Virus record (IMG/VR): IMGVR_UViG_3300025417_000030
Span: 1 to 49,473 of that record
Reading direction: 5' to 3' (one strand)
From: a virus
Taxonomy: Duplodnaviria > Caudoviricetes
DNA length: 49,473 nt
Both the position numbers and the translations under genes were made by a program. This document shows positions 18,058 to 27,489 of this stretch, piece after piece. Numbering within the stretch: the first letter of the stretch is position 1; each line of letters begins with the position of its first letter. A model generated the notes under the pieces. That model was not told the origin of the DNA. It searched no databases and worked only from the letters and a program-made list of their open reading frames with translations.

Positions 18058-19427
18058 TTAAAAGTTTTTAATTTTTTTTGTTTATTAGGGCTTAACCATG
18101 TTTTATAAGTTTCAAAATCAAACCCACATAGATTTCCATTTTCTTTCCAACCTAAATTTTCTTCGTGAATATCATGAACACCAAATTTTTCTAATGAAAC
18201 TTTAAGAATTTTTAATTGTAAAATAAATTTAAAATAATTAGGGTTTTTACAAAATTTTAAATATTGTTCACTTAATCTACTATCTAATAATTTTTTTGTA
18301 ACATATTCTGCATCTTTGAATTTTTCAATATTAAAAATTGGTTTTGGATAATTCGTAAGTTCATTTGCAGACTGAAAAAATTCTTTTTGCAATTTAGTCA
18401 GTGTAGTTATTTTTTCCATTAAAATCAAATACTCTTGATTATAGGTTTCTATTCTAGGTAATTTCCAAGCATCATATATTTTTACATAATGTTCTTGGTC
18501 TTTCTTCTGAATTTTTAAAGCTAATACTACTTCACTATCATCTTCTGTTATTTTTATAACTTTATTATCAGCAGTTAAATATGCCGTTCCATTACAACCA
18601 GAACCTAATAACTTAGTTACACCAAAATATTTTTTTACTTTTTTACATTGTTCTTCATATTCGTAATCATAATCATCCTTTTCAATTTTCTCATTTAAAC
18701 TTTCTAAAATTGGCACGTCAGGTAAATCTTGATTTTCATCATTTAATTCAAAATCAAAACCACATAATTTTCCATCTTTTTTCCAACCAACATTATCTTC
18801 ATGCGTATCACAATAAGAATAATTTCTTAATTCATTTTTCATGTCAATATATTGTAAATATAATTTTTTATATTTTTCAAATTTATTTTTTAACTCAGGA
18901 AACCCTTGCCTTCTTAATTCATCTAAAAAAAAATCTTTAAAATTTAATATATTTTTATCATATTTTCTTTGTGGTGATTTTGAATATCTATAATATCCTT
19001 CCGTAATAACATAAAATATTTTTTCTTCATTACTTAATGGGATAACGTATTCCATTTCGATAAAATATATTTTTTTAGTTTCAATTTCTATAAATTTTAT
19101 ATTATAGATTTCAACATAATGTTTTAAATTTTTATTAAATAATTTTTTTGCTAAATTAACTTCTTTAATATCTTTTGTTATTTTTAATACATTTCCATTT
19201 TCTAGTAAATAAGCACTACCTATTGTTCCTTCACCTAATAATTCTTTTATATTATAGTTTTTATTTATTATTTCTAAAATTTTTTGATTTTTAAATAATA
19301 ATTTCCCAAATTTGTCTTCTTCAGAAACTTCATTTATAGAAAATAAATCAAATTTTTTCAATGAATGATTTTTTCCAAGATATTTGAAATTAATTACCCC
19401 GTTATTTATTTTATAATTTTTATTCAT
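18054..19427 (-). CDS. tandem two-domain protein kinase-like protein
   Basis: Two copies of LLGxGxxGxAY, VxKIT, E, MEx, DxHExNxG, DF motifs. Confidence 0.8.
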   Translation of the reverse strand: MNKNYKINNGVINFKYLGKNHSLKKFDLFSINEVSEEDKFGKLLFKNQKILEIINKNYNIKELLGEGTIGSAYLLENGNVLKITKDIKEVNLAKKLFNKNLKHYVEIYNIKFIEIETKKIYFIEMEYVIPLSNEEKIFYVITEGYYRYSKSPQRKYDKNILNFKDFFLDELRRQGFPELKNKFEKYKKLYLQYIDMKNELRNYSYCDTHEDNVGWKKDGKLCGFDFELNDENQDLPDVPILESLNEKIEKDDYDYEYEEQCKKVKKYFGVTKLLGSGCNGTAYLTADNKVIKITEDDSEVVLALKIQKKDQEHYVKIYDAWKLPRIETYNQEYLILMEKITTLTKLQKEFFQSANELTNYPKPIFNIEKFKDAEYVTKKLLDSRLSEQYLKFCKNPNYFKFILQLKILKVSLEKFGVHDIHEENLGWKENGNLCGFDFETYKTWLSPNKQKKLKTFK

Positions 19428-21095
19428 TTATTCAAAAATTTCAGTGCCTTTAGAATTTCTTTTATCTTGTTTTTTAAATTTTTCAATTTTTTCAATATCT
19501 TCTTCTTTAATATAAACTTCACATTCAATTTCTTCAGAAAAACATATTACTTCATATTCTTTAATTTCTAAAATATCATTAGAAAGTATATTCATAAAAT
19601 TATCAGAAAAAATAAATTTTTCATTTATTTTGGCTTTTAAAATTATAGGAATAAATTTATTATCCCCATAATTTGAAATTTCATTTGCAAAATCTTTTGC
19701 TATTGAGACATCAGAAGTCCAACTAGAAATATTTGTCCCATCATGAACAGAATATTTAAAATTTTTAAAAACTAAACAATAATCACTATTACCTAATTTT
19801 ATTCTTTCTTTTGTAGTGATAAAATTAAAATTAAAAATTGTATTAATATCTGAATAAGTACCTCTATAAACAAATTCTTCATTAGGTTTTAAAATTTCAG
19901 GGAATTTATCTTCTAATGGAATTAAATCATAAATAACATCTTGTAAATTTTTTTTATTTTTTTTATTAGGGTCACTAACAAATTTTCTTATTTTTTTATA
20001 ATCTATTTGTTCTTCATCAGTATTTTTTTCAAATTCACCATTTTGTAAATCAGCTATTTTTTTATTTTGTGCAAATAAATATTTTCCATAATCTTTTTCT
20101 TCTTTTAATTTTCCTTCTTGTATAATTTTTAAACCTTTTGACTTAACTAAATCAATTAATTCTTTTATTTCATCTTCATTTCTATCCCAATCTTTAAAAT
20201 TAGTTATAAATATTCCAATCAAATAATCACTCACAACAAATTCTTTACCTGAAGGTACAATTACTTTTTCCTCAAACTCATTGTAATTATGTAAGTCACT
20301 AATATATCTAGCTTTTCTGCTAAAAAAATTAAAAGGTAAAACTCTAAATTTTTGAGATATTTTAGCACCATCAAATATTAAACCTATTTGCGGTCTTGAT
20401 GTAATCATGGGTTCATTTTTATAAAAATTTTTATTTCTTGTAAAAGATATTCCTTCATATTCTTTTTTATTTAAATGAAATGAATGTGCAAACATTTTAT
20501 TTTCATTTAAAATATTTATAGAAGATTCAACATCTGTAAAATGATAAAGTGGGCCAATTTGTTTAGCTTCTTTTAATTTAATTTTTTCGTTAATTGGAGA
20601 GTTTCCTACTTCGATAACTTTTAAACCTTTTTCATTACAATATTTAATTAATTCCTCCTTCCTATTTATTTTTTCTTTATTAAAAATATTTTTATTATTA
20701 AATATCATACCAATTAAGTAATTATCAACTTTAAAATCTCTTTCATTTTTTAAAACCACTTTCTCTTCAAATTCATTATGTTCATTCTCACCAATTTTTC
20801 TAGTTTGAAATGAAAAATAATTATAAGGTATAATTCTAAAATTTTGAGAAATTTTTTCACCATTAAATATTAAACCTACTTCAGGTATTGACATAAATAA
20901 AGTAGGAGATTTAAATATATTTTTATCTCTTGTTAAAGAAAATCCTTTAATAGAAAGTCCACTATTTTTAAATTTTTCATAATGACAAGCAATAAAATTA
21001 TCATGAATTATTTGTTTAGCATTATATAAACTGGTAAAATGGTATAGTTCCCCTCTTTGCTTTGCTTCTTTTAATATTTTTGAAATTAAACTCAA
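19428..21095 (-). CDS. three-domain ADP-ribosyltransferase-like polyprotein
   Basis: Two duplicated LYHFT...SxTR...EFEEKV domains and one VYRG...SSWT...EYEVI (R-S-E) domain, each preceded by LKE; TTG start. Confidence 0.65.
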   Translation of the reverse strand: MSLISKILKEAKQRGELYHFTSLYNAKQIIHDNFIACHYEKFKNSGLSIKGFSLTRDKNIFKSPTLFMSIPEVGLIFNGEKISQNFRIIPYNYFSFQTRKIGENEHNEFEEKVVLKNERDFKVDNYLIGMIFNNKNIFNKEKINRKEELIKYCNEKGLKVIEVGNSPINEKIKLKEAKQIGPLYHFTDVESSINILNENKMFAHSFHLNKKEYEGISFTRNKNFYKNEPMITSRPQIGLIFDGAKISQKFRVLPFNFFSRKARYISDLHNYNEFEEKVIVPSGKEFVVSDYLIGIFITNFKDWDRNEDEIKELIDLVKSKGLKIIQEGKLKEEKDYGKYLFAQNKKIADLQNGEFEKNTDEEQIDYKKIRKFVSDPNKKNKKNLQDVIYDLIPLEDKFPEILKPNEEFVYRGTYSDINTIFNFNFITTKERIKLGNSDYCLVFKNFKYSVHDGTNISSWTSDVSIAKDFANEISNYGDNKFIPIILKAKINEKFIFSDNFMNILSNDILEIKEYEVICFSEEIECEVYIKEEDIEKIEKFKKQDKRNSKGTEIFE

Positions 21096-21096
21096 T

Positions 21097-21117
21097 TTTT
21101 TTATTTTTTAATTATTT
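21097..21117 (-). promoter_or_regulatory. class 2 promoter motif
   Basis: AAATAATTAAAAAATAAAAAA. Confidence 0.5.
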
Positions 21118-21549
21118 GATTTTGTATTTATTCCACCATTGATTAAAAACTATTCCTCCTTTGCCTGGTTTATACATTTCTTTTAAAACTGTCATATAAA
21201 AAATAAAATTTTCGATATCTATTTCTTCTAATTCTTCTAAATCTTCAAGTAAATAAATCATCATTTTTGCAGCTTTAATTTTATTTTCTTTTGTAAGGTA
21301 TTTGAAATTTTCTGGTAATATTTTTCTACTAAGATCAATTTGTTTATTAAAATATTCTATTTTTTGTTTTTCTGAAAAATTATCATATTCAAATGAATAA
21401 ATTTTATTTCTTTCAGGTTCTGTCAAATAAATATTTAATCTTGACCTAAGATAAGTTTTCATATCTTGAGAAGAAAGTTGATTAAATTGATTTGGAGTTA
21501 TTCTTCTACCTGTATTAACATATTGCTTGAGTAAATCCTTATTTGTCAT
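21112..21549 (-). CDS. MTNKDLIKQY-family helical repeat protein
   Basis: MTNKDLLKQYVNTG N-terminus; ATGA overlap. Confidence 0.75.
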   Translation of the reverse strand: MTNKDLLKQYVNTGRRITPNQFNQLSSQDMKTYLRSRLNIYLTEPERNKIYSFEYDNFSEKQKIEYFNKQIDLSRKILPENFKYLTKENKIKAAKMMIYLLEDLEELEEIDIENFIFYMTVLKEMYKPGKGGIVFNQWWNKYKIK

Positions 21550-22010
21550 TTCCAAACTAATTTTTTAACTGAAGTCATTCTTTTATAAATATAATTTCTA
21601 AGAATAGTATCATTTTTTGAAATTAACAAGAATGTTTCTAAATCTTTATTACTAATTTTTTTCTTAAGATTTATTAAATCTTTTGTATCAACTAAATCTA
21701 TACTAAATTCATCACCTTGTTCTTCTAACTCATCAAATTTTTCTGGATATATCCTATACCACTCCTGTTCTATAATTTCATTTATTTTTTCTTGTTGTTT
21801 TAAAACTAAACTTGTAAATGAATTCATATCATAATGAAGATTTAATCCATAAAATCTATCTTGTTTCTTTTCTAATACATATACTAATGGTTGAGGGTCA
21901 TGTACACCTGCAGGTGATTTATAATTAAAAGAAATAAGCATATCTTGTTGCATACCAGCTGGCGATATAACTCTATTCATGAAATAATCCGTAACTCTTG
22001 CAATTGCCAT
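21546..22010 (-). CDS. T4 gp2-like DNA end protector (possible)
   Basis: DPQPLVYV...FYGLNLHY...LRNY motif resembles gp2 family (recall). Confidence 0.5.
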   Translation of the reverse strand: MAIARVTDYFMNRVISPAGMQQDMLISFNYKSPAGVHDPQPLVYVLEKKQDRFYGLNLHYDMNSFTSLVLKQQEKINEIIEQEWYRIYPEKFDELEEQGDEFSIDLVDTKDLINLKKKISNKDLETFLLISKNDTILRNYIYKRMTSVKKLVWK

Positions 22011-22017
22011 TTAATTC

Positions 22018-22036
22018 TTTATTTTTTAATTATTGT
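22018..22036 (-). promoter_or_regulatory. class 2 promoter motif
   Basis: ACAATAATTAAAAAATAAA. Confidence 0.6.
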
Positions 22037-22065
22037 AAAAGTAGATAAAAAATGTTGTAATTTTA
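22037..22065 (+). promoter_or_regulatory. class 1 promoter
   Basis: AAAAGTAGATAA-aaaatgttg-TAATTTTA. Confidence 0.7.
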
Positions 22066-22088
22066 CAAAGTAAACAAAAATAAAGTAT

Positions 22089-22439
22089 ATGAACAAAGTA
22101 AGTAATGTTAAGAAAGTAGTTAGTTTTAAGGAGTATTATTTCAATATTGAGGAAGCAAAACAAGTTATTCTTGATGATACTGTTAATAAGTCATTTCCAG
22201 AAACATTGTTTAATAATACAATGCCACATACTCCATTTAGACACGAAAGTGAATTACCTAAAGATTTGAAGTTTTATTTGAAACTTGCTGATGACAAAAA
22301 AACAATCTTAAAATCTTATTGTTATGTTGAAACTGAAAAAGGACAGCAATTTTATAGCAATAGTTTCCGTACCTGGACTCCTAAAGGTACAAAGACAAAA
22401 AGAAATTACTTTAAGAAAAAATTTGAAGGTCTAAAGTAG
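22089..22439 (+). CDS. hypothetical protein
   Basis: ORF with own promoter. Confidence 0.7.
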   Translation: MNKVSNVKKVVSFKEYYFNIEEAKQVILDDTVNKSFPETLFNNTMPHTPFRHESELPKDLKFYLKLADDKKTILKSYCYVETEKGQQFYSNSFRTWTPKGTKTKRNYFKKKFEGLK

Positions 22440-22458
22440 ATAAAAAACATTACTTTTG
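22433..22458 (+). promoter_or_regulatory. class 1 promoter (7 nt spacer)
   Basis: AAAGTAGATAA-aaaacat-TACTTTTG; TAG is the upstream stop. Confidence 0.65.
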
Positions 22459-22481
22459 TAAAGTAACAAAAACATAAAAAA

Positions 22482-23090
22482 ATGGATACACTTAAATTTC
22501 AACAATTAATTAACGACATTACAGGAAGGGATTTTAAAATTTCAACTACTGATACAGAAATAATTCCGCAAAAGGAATATATTGTATTTAGAATTTTACC
22601 TTTTACAAAATATAAGATAAGTTTTAAATTCAAAACTGCTAAAACTGAAGACAAATTACTTCGTTCTTTTATTACAGCTTATACTTCAAAATATCGTGAA
22701 CCAAATCCTAAAGCATATAATAAAACTTATGGTGGAGTTGAATATTTGTGGGATAATAAAACTGAAGAAGAAAAAGAATATGCTTATATGCACCATTCGG
22801 GCAATATGTATTCCAAAGATTCTTTATTAAAACAAATTGAAGAAAAATTCAATAATCCAGAAATTTGTGAAATTCTTATAAGAAATGGCTTTTATTCTAC
22901 AGAATATGGAGTAGGTATTTTTTGTTTATTTTATACCGAAGGTGTTAAAACAGCAATAGAAAAAATGTCGGCTTATTTAAAATCAAAAAACATTCCTTTT
23001 ATAAATGAGTTTTCAGATGCTCATTGGGTATATAGGTTTAAATTAAATCTTACAAAAGAAGCACACAGAAATATTTTACAATCATTTTAA
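22482..23090 (+). CDS. hypothetical protein
   Basis: ORF. Confidence 0.75.
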   Translation: MDTLKFQQLINDITGRDFKISTTDTEIIPQKEYIVFRILPFTKYKISFKFKTAKTEDKLLRSFITAYTSKYREPNPKAYNKTYGGVEYLWDNKTEEEKEYAYMHHSGNMYSKDSLLKQIEEKFNNPEICEILIRNGFYSTEYGVGIFCLFYTEGVKTAIEKMSAYLKSKNIPFINEFSDAHWVYRFKLNLTKEAHRNILQSF

Positions 23091-23102
23091 AAAATAAAAA
23101 TT

Positions 23103-23384
23103 ATGAGTTTAACAAAGAAATTAGTAATGGAATTATCTAGCATACAAAATGTATGTACCGGAGTTTTTAAAGCGAATTATGATGATAATTTTCATCCAGC
23201 TATGTAACATGAGGATGGTGGAACTTTAAGTCAATTTTCGGTAGGTAATCTTTTAGGGCTATCAACTTTAATGATAAGTAAAAAATCAGGGATTTGGAAA
23301 CCATTTCCCGAAGGTAAAACTTTAACTGAAATGATGCAAGACCCAATTGGTTTTAATAATTGGTGGAAAGAAAATATTGGTTAG
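23103..23384 (+). pseudogene. hypothetical protein with internal in-frame TAA (23205-23207)
   Basis: MSLTKK...FHPAM*HEDGGTLSQF...WWKENIG* in one frame. Confidence 0.6.
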
Positions 23385-23438
23385 AGTTTTGTTTTTGTTA
23401 CAGTCTGGATTTTTCTAAATATGGTATATTAAAAAAAT

Positions 23439-23467
23439 AAAGGAGTAGTTTTTAGCTACTCCTTTTT
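23439..23467. terminator. bidirectional terminator
   Basis: AAAGGAGTAG...CTACTCCTTT stem between convergent genes. Confidence 0.75.
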
Positions 23468-23914
23468 CATATGGTCTATAATTTTATTTATTTCTTCTTG
23501 TAATCCTTTACTTTTTAGTAAATCTATATAATCACTTGCTATTTCATCTGTACAAGTAAAGTATTCTTTAAAACAATTTATTGTTTTTAAATCTAATGTA
23601 TTTGCTGTGGTTTTTATATATTTTGAATAAGTCCTTTGTTTAGGTAATAATTCATAATATAATCTCCAAACCATTTCTTTTTCCATGGAACAAGTTAATT
23701 CTTGTAAATCATTTATTGTTTCACAATAATCATAATTCATTGAAAGAAACCTATTAACTATATAAACATTAAAATTCTTTTTTTCTTCATAAGTTAAATC
23801 ATCCCATTTTTTCTTATCCCAGGTCAACCAATTTAAATAATCTACTATATTGCCTTTAGGTGTTGCTTTAGGTTTGTCTTTAACTTCCGCTTTTTTCGCA
23901 TTTATCTTAGCCAT
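23456..23914 (-). CDS. clamp loader small subunit (T4 gp62-like)
   Basis: FNVYIVNRFLSM, KYIK motif; adjacent to gp44-like gene. Confidence 0.75.
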   Translation of the reverse strand: MAKINAKKAEVKDKPKATPKGNIVDYLNWLTWDKKKWDDLTYEEKKNFNVYIVNRFLSMNYDYCETINDLQELTCSMEKEMVWRLYYELLPKQRTYSKYIKTTANTLDLKTINCFKEYFTCTDEIASDYIDLLKSKGLQEEINKIIDHMKKE

Positions 23915-24857
23915 TTTTCAATTCTAATAGTTTGATTAATGTAGTTATCAAGTTAATCTCTTTATCTGGAATTTGCGTATCTTCTTTGATGCCTAAATGT
24001 AATGTTATTATTCCTCCAATGATTTTATTTTTCGGCAAATATTCATCTATATTTTTATAAAGATATTTATAAAGAGTAACAAAACTTCTAATTTTAGTAT
24101 TAGCGATTAATTGTCTTATATCTGTTACTAAATCAATATAATTTGTTTTATTAGATTTTTTAAGTGTTTCAATTATTTGTTTTTCATAATTTAAAATGTT
24201 AAAAAACTCTCTATCAAGTTTTAAAACTCCATTAATTGAATGTTGATCTAAATATTGAATAGTTTTTCTAATATCAGGGAAATTATAACGAATGATAGTA
24301 TCTAATTCTAATTCTTCATAAGTAACATTTTCTTTTTCAAGAATAAATTTACATCTTTTTTTCACTTGTTCTTCCGAAGGTGTTTGAATATGAAATTCTT
24401 GAAATCTACTCCTTAAAGGAGCATTTAATAAATCTACATTATTACAAGTAATAATAAATCTTACATCTTCTGTATATTGTTCAGTTAAAACTTTTAAAGA
24501 ATCTTGAGCATCAGGAGTTAATTTATCACCTTCCTCTAAAATCACAATTTTTAATGGTTCAAAACTTGATGTTGTTACAAATGGAACAATCTGTTCCCTT
24601 ATTAATTCTAACCCTCTATTATCAGAAGCATTTACAAGTTTAATCTCACAAGGAATTTGTGTAATAAATATGTCAGTAAGAGTACTTTTCCCTACACCTT
24701 GTGAACCTTCGAGTATAATATTTTTTATTTCTTTAATTTTTAAAAAGAATTCAAATTTTTCTCTATAATCTTTATTTAAAATTAAATCTTCTAATTTTTT
24801 AGGTCGATATTTTTCAACCCAAATTGAATCGTGCCATTTAAACATTGCCTTAGCCAT
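23907..24857 (-). CDS. clamp loader AAA+ subunit (RFC/gp44-like)
   Basis: WVEKYRP, GSQGVGKS, NASDNRG, AQDSL, FIITCN, LRSRF, PDIRK. Confidence 0.92.
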   Translation of the reverse strand: MAKAMFKWHDSIWVEKYRPKKLEDLILNKDYREKFEFFLKIKEIKNIILEGSQGVGKSTLTDIFITQIPCEIKLVNASDNRGLELIREQIVPFVTTSSFEPLKIVILEEGDKLTPDAQDSLKVLTEQYTEDVRFIITCNNVDLLNAPLRSRFQEFHIQTPSEEQVKKRCKFILEKENVTYEELELDTIIRYNFPDIRKTIQYLDQHSINGVLKLDREFFNILNYEKQIIETLKKSNKTNYIDLVTDIRQLIANTKIRSFVTLYKYLYKNIDEYLPKNKIIGGIITLHLGIKEDTQIPDKEINLITTLIKLLELKNG

Positions 24858-24912
24858 AAAACTATTTTTTATTTTTAATAAAATTAAGTAAATTTTCTTT
24901 TAGTTTATTTTT

Positions 24913-25174
24913 TCAATTAATTCTTTTTTGTTTACAGGAAAAAAGAAGTTGTGGAGAGATTTTCAATGGTAATGTGAAATGAATCCAAAATTCTTTATAA
25001 ATCTCTCCACTTACTTCTTCAATTATTTGTTTCTTTTGATTGTTTAAAATCGTTTCTATTTCTATTACTTTTTTTCTTTTCTTCCTCTGAATAAGCAAAA
25101 TCTAAATAATGCGCTATTCCGCTAGGATATTCAAGTGGTTGTACATTACTAAAATATTTATTAAATAAACTCAT
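24913..25174 (-). pseudogene. small protein with VQPxxxPSGxxxYLDF motif, probable frameshift in A7 run (25069-25075)
   Basis: ATG at 25174 gives MSLFNKYFSNVQPLEYPSGIAHYLDFAY; second frame continues to 24913. Confidence 0.5.
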
Positions 25175-25614
25175 TATTTAATAAATTTATCATCAAAATA
25201 TTCTAAAGTATTAACTTTTTTTCCTTTCCCAATTAAAAAGCTTTCTTCATAAAAAGTACTACCAATTTTTATATGGTCATTATTTTTTAATAATAAATTA
25301 TTTATTCTAACATATAATTGGAAATCGTCTAAAATATCATTTCTTTTTGAATTTAATAATTTAATATATTTTTTATAAGTCAAGTCAAATTTTACTTTTT
25401 TATTTAAACTTTTTATAAATGCAATATTTTTTTTTGTTAAATTATTATATTCAGCACAAAACCATATTCTTTCATATTTCTTTGAATAAAAAATAATTTC
25501 TTTTTTAGTAGCATTTCTAATAAAAAGGGTTATTTCATTTAAATCTGTATAACCCTCTATTTCTTTCCCTTCCCAAATTTTCCATTGACTACATGGTGGA
25601 ATATTTTTATCCAT
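25174..25614 (-). CDS. hypothetical protein, WxGKEIEG paralog 2
   Basis: Shares WxGKEIEG and C-terminal DxxK...EYxxD with 26652..27101. Confidence 0.7.
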   Translation of the reverse strand: MDKNIPPCSQWKIWEGKEIEGYTDLNEITLFIRNATKKEIIFYSKKYERIWFCAEYNNLTKKNIAFIKSLNKKVKFDLTYKKYIKLLNSKRNDILDDFQLYVRINNLLLKNNDHIKIGSTFYEESFLIGKGKKVNTLEYFDDKFIK

Positions 25615-26680
25615 TTTTTATTTCTTTAATAATTCCTTTAATTGAAAAAAACTTGTCTAATTTTTCTTTTGAAAATCTCGAATAGAATATTGAATGATTA
25701 TCCATTATTAATTGAATACATTTAATTAAAATTTCTTTATTTTTTATATAAGAATTAAAATCTTTTGTCCAATCATCACAATATTTTTCATCATACATTT
25801 CTTTATAACTCAATCTATTTGGTACCAAAGGAACTGCTCCACATAAATAACCTTCATAGCAACTAATACCTAAAGTTTCTTGTAAATTGGCTGAAAAAAT
25901 AATTTTTGCTTTTCCTAATATTTTGTGATATTCATCTTTTGTAAGATTTTTTTCTTGACATACAATAAATTTATATTCTGGTAATGATTTTTCTAAATCT
26001 TTAAAAATTTCTAATTGTTTTTCACTTGAAATTCTATGTGGAAAAACAATTAAGTTTTCTTTTTCTGGGTTATTAAATTTTTTCAATTGTGTTTCAAGAT
26101 AATCAAAAGGTAACCCAGATACAATTAAATTATCTTCATTGATTTTTCCAAAAAATGTTTTTAAAAATAATTCTTTATGATAATTTGTAGCAAAGAAATT
26201 TTTGTCACAAGCATTAAAAAACGCCGCTTCTGTTGAAAAAGACCAACTTTTATTTTTAACTTTTTTGCCTAAAAAATCATTGGGGTCATATGAACCAGCG
26301 TGCCAAAAAGAGTAAATTTTAATATCATATTCTAATAAATCAAACAAATATCTTAATTGAATTATTCCTGTATGCCAAGCATCTGGGAAAAGAACGATAT
26401 CATTATTGCCTACTTTCTTTTTATTTAATAAATTAATGAATTTATTAATTTGTGAGTTTTTCCAAATATTTGTATCTGAAAAATTTAAAAAAGCTCCATC
26501 TGTAGGGGTAGTAGAAATTTTGTTACCTGTTATATTAACAATGTTATATGAATCGCCTAAATATTTTTTAAATAATTTAGGCAATTCATATAACCATTGT
26601 GAAGTATATCTAGTTTCAAGAGGTTCTAAAGAAAATATAAAAATATTTTTTTTATTTATCAATTCCGTTGAATCTATCAT
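25607..26680 (-). CDS. GT-B (GT4-like) glycosyltransferase
   Basis: VFPHRxxxEK, ETLGISxxEG..GAVPLVP..LSYKE motifs. Confidence 0.85.
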   Translation of the reverse strand: MIDSTELINKKNIFIFSLEPLETRYTSQWLYELPKLFKKYLGDSYNIVNITGNKISTTPTDGAFLNFSDTNIWKNSQINKFINLLNKKKVGNNDIVLFPDAWHTGIIQLRYLFDLLEYDIKIYSFWHAGSYDPNDFLGKKVKNKSWSFSTEAAFFNACDKNFFATNYHKELFLKTFFGKINEDNLIVSGLPFDYLETQLKKFNNPEKENLIVFPHRISSEKQLEIFKDLEKSLPEYKFIVCQEKNLTKDEYHKILGKAKIIFSANLQETLGISCYEGYLCGAVPLVPNRLSYKEMYDEKYCDDWTKDFNSYIKNKEILIKCIQLIMDNHSIFYSRFSKEKLDKFFSIKGIIKEIKNG

Positions 26681-27101
26681 GAGTATATTCGTGTTTTGTA
26701 ACTTTTTGACAATTCATTAAAGAAGTAGCATAAATTTCATAAGGCGCGGTTACTAACTTAACTGAATCAGTTGATTTAATATCATTAAGTTCTGGAACAT
26801 CAAGCCATAAAAGAATATGCGATCTTAATTTCATTTCTTGAGAAATAAATTTTAATTGTTCTGGTTTCGCTTCTAATGTAACAAATTTATTATTTACTTG
26901 AATCAAATGTAATAACTTACTCCATGTAATAAAAGTCCCACCTTTATTAATTTTATCAATTAATGGAACACCAATCAATAAGTGATTAACAGTTAAAGCA
27001 TGATTAAATTCTTCTTCTGTTAAATCATCTACAATAAATGCACTTTCTAAACCATAAAATCTTCCTTCAATTTCTTTTCCAAACCAATACTTTAAATTCA
27101 T
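26652..27101 (-). CDS. hypothetical protein, WxGKEIEG paralog 1
   Basis: Paralog of 25174..25614; likely start MNLKYWFG. Confidence 0.7.
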   Translation of the reverse strand: MNLKYWFGKEIEGRFYGLESAFIVDDLTEEEFNHALTVNHLLIGVPLIDKINKGGTFITWSKLLHLIQVNNKFVTLEAKPEQLKFISQEMKLRSHILLWLDVPELNDIKSTDSVKLVTAPYEIYATSLMNCQKVTKHEYTHDRFNGIDK

Positions 27102-27108
27102 ATATTTT

Positions 27109-27486
27109 TTATTTAATTTTAAAAATTTTTGCACCATTTTCGTTATCTTCAAAAACTGAACAAGATTCTAATTCAAATTTTTCTAATAATTCCCGAGCAA
27201 TTGCTTCACAACTCATAGCTCCAAATTCACAATGATAATGATAAGGAGGAGTATTTTCAGTACCTTTATAAGGATATTTTTCATAAAGATAAGATTTAAT
27301 TGTTCTAGAAAACAAAATAAATTCCAAGTCTCTATTATCATGGAAAACTTTTTTTTCACACTCTATCCAAAAAATATGTCTATGTCTTTCTGATAAAAAA
27401 GAAGCTTCTGGAAAAAATTTTTCTGCTAATGGGAAATTATGAAATCCCTCAATTTGAATTTTTGAAATAATATTTGTTTGAGTCAT
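27109..27486 (-). CDS. QueD/6-pyruvoyltetrahydropterin synthase-like T-fold protein
   Basis: EGFH, HRH, RDLEFI, SCEAIA, VFEDNENGA. Confidence 0.7.
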   Translation of the reverse strand: MTQTNIISKIQIEGFHNFPLAEKFFPEASFLSERHRHIFWIECEKKVFHDNRDLEFILFSRTIKSYLYEKYPYKGTENTPPYHYHCEFGAMSCEAIARELLEKFELESCSVFEDNENGAKIFKIK

Positions 27487-27489
27487 TTT

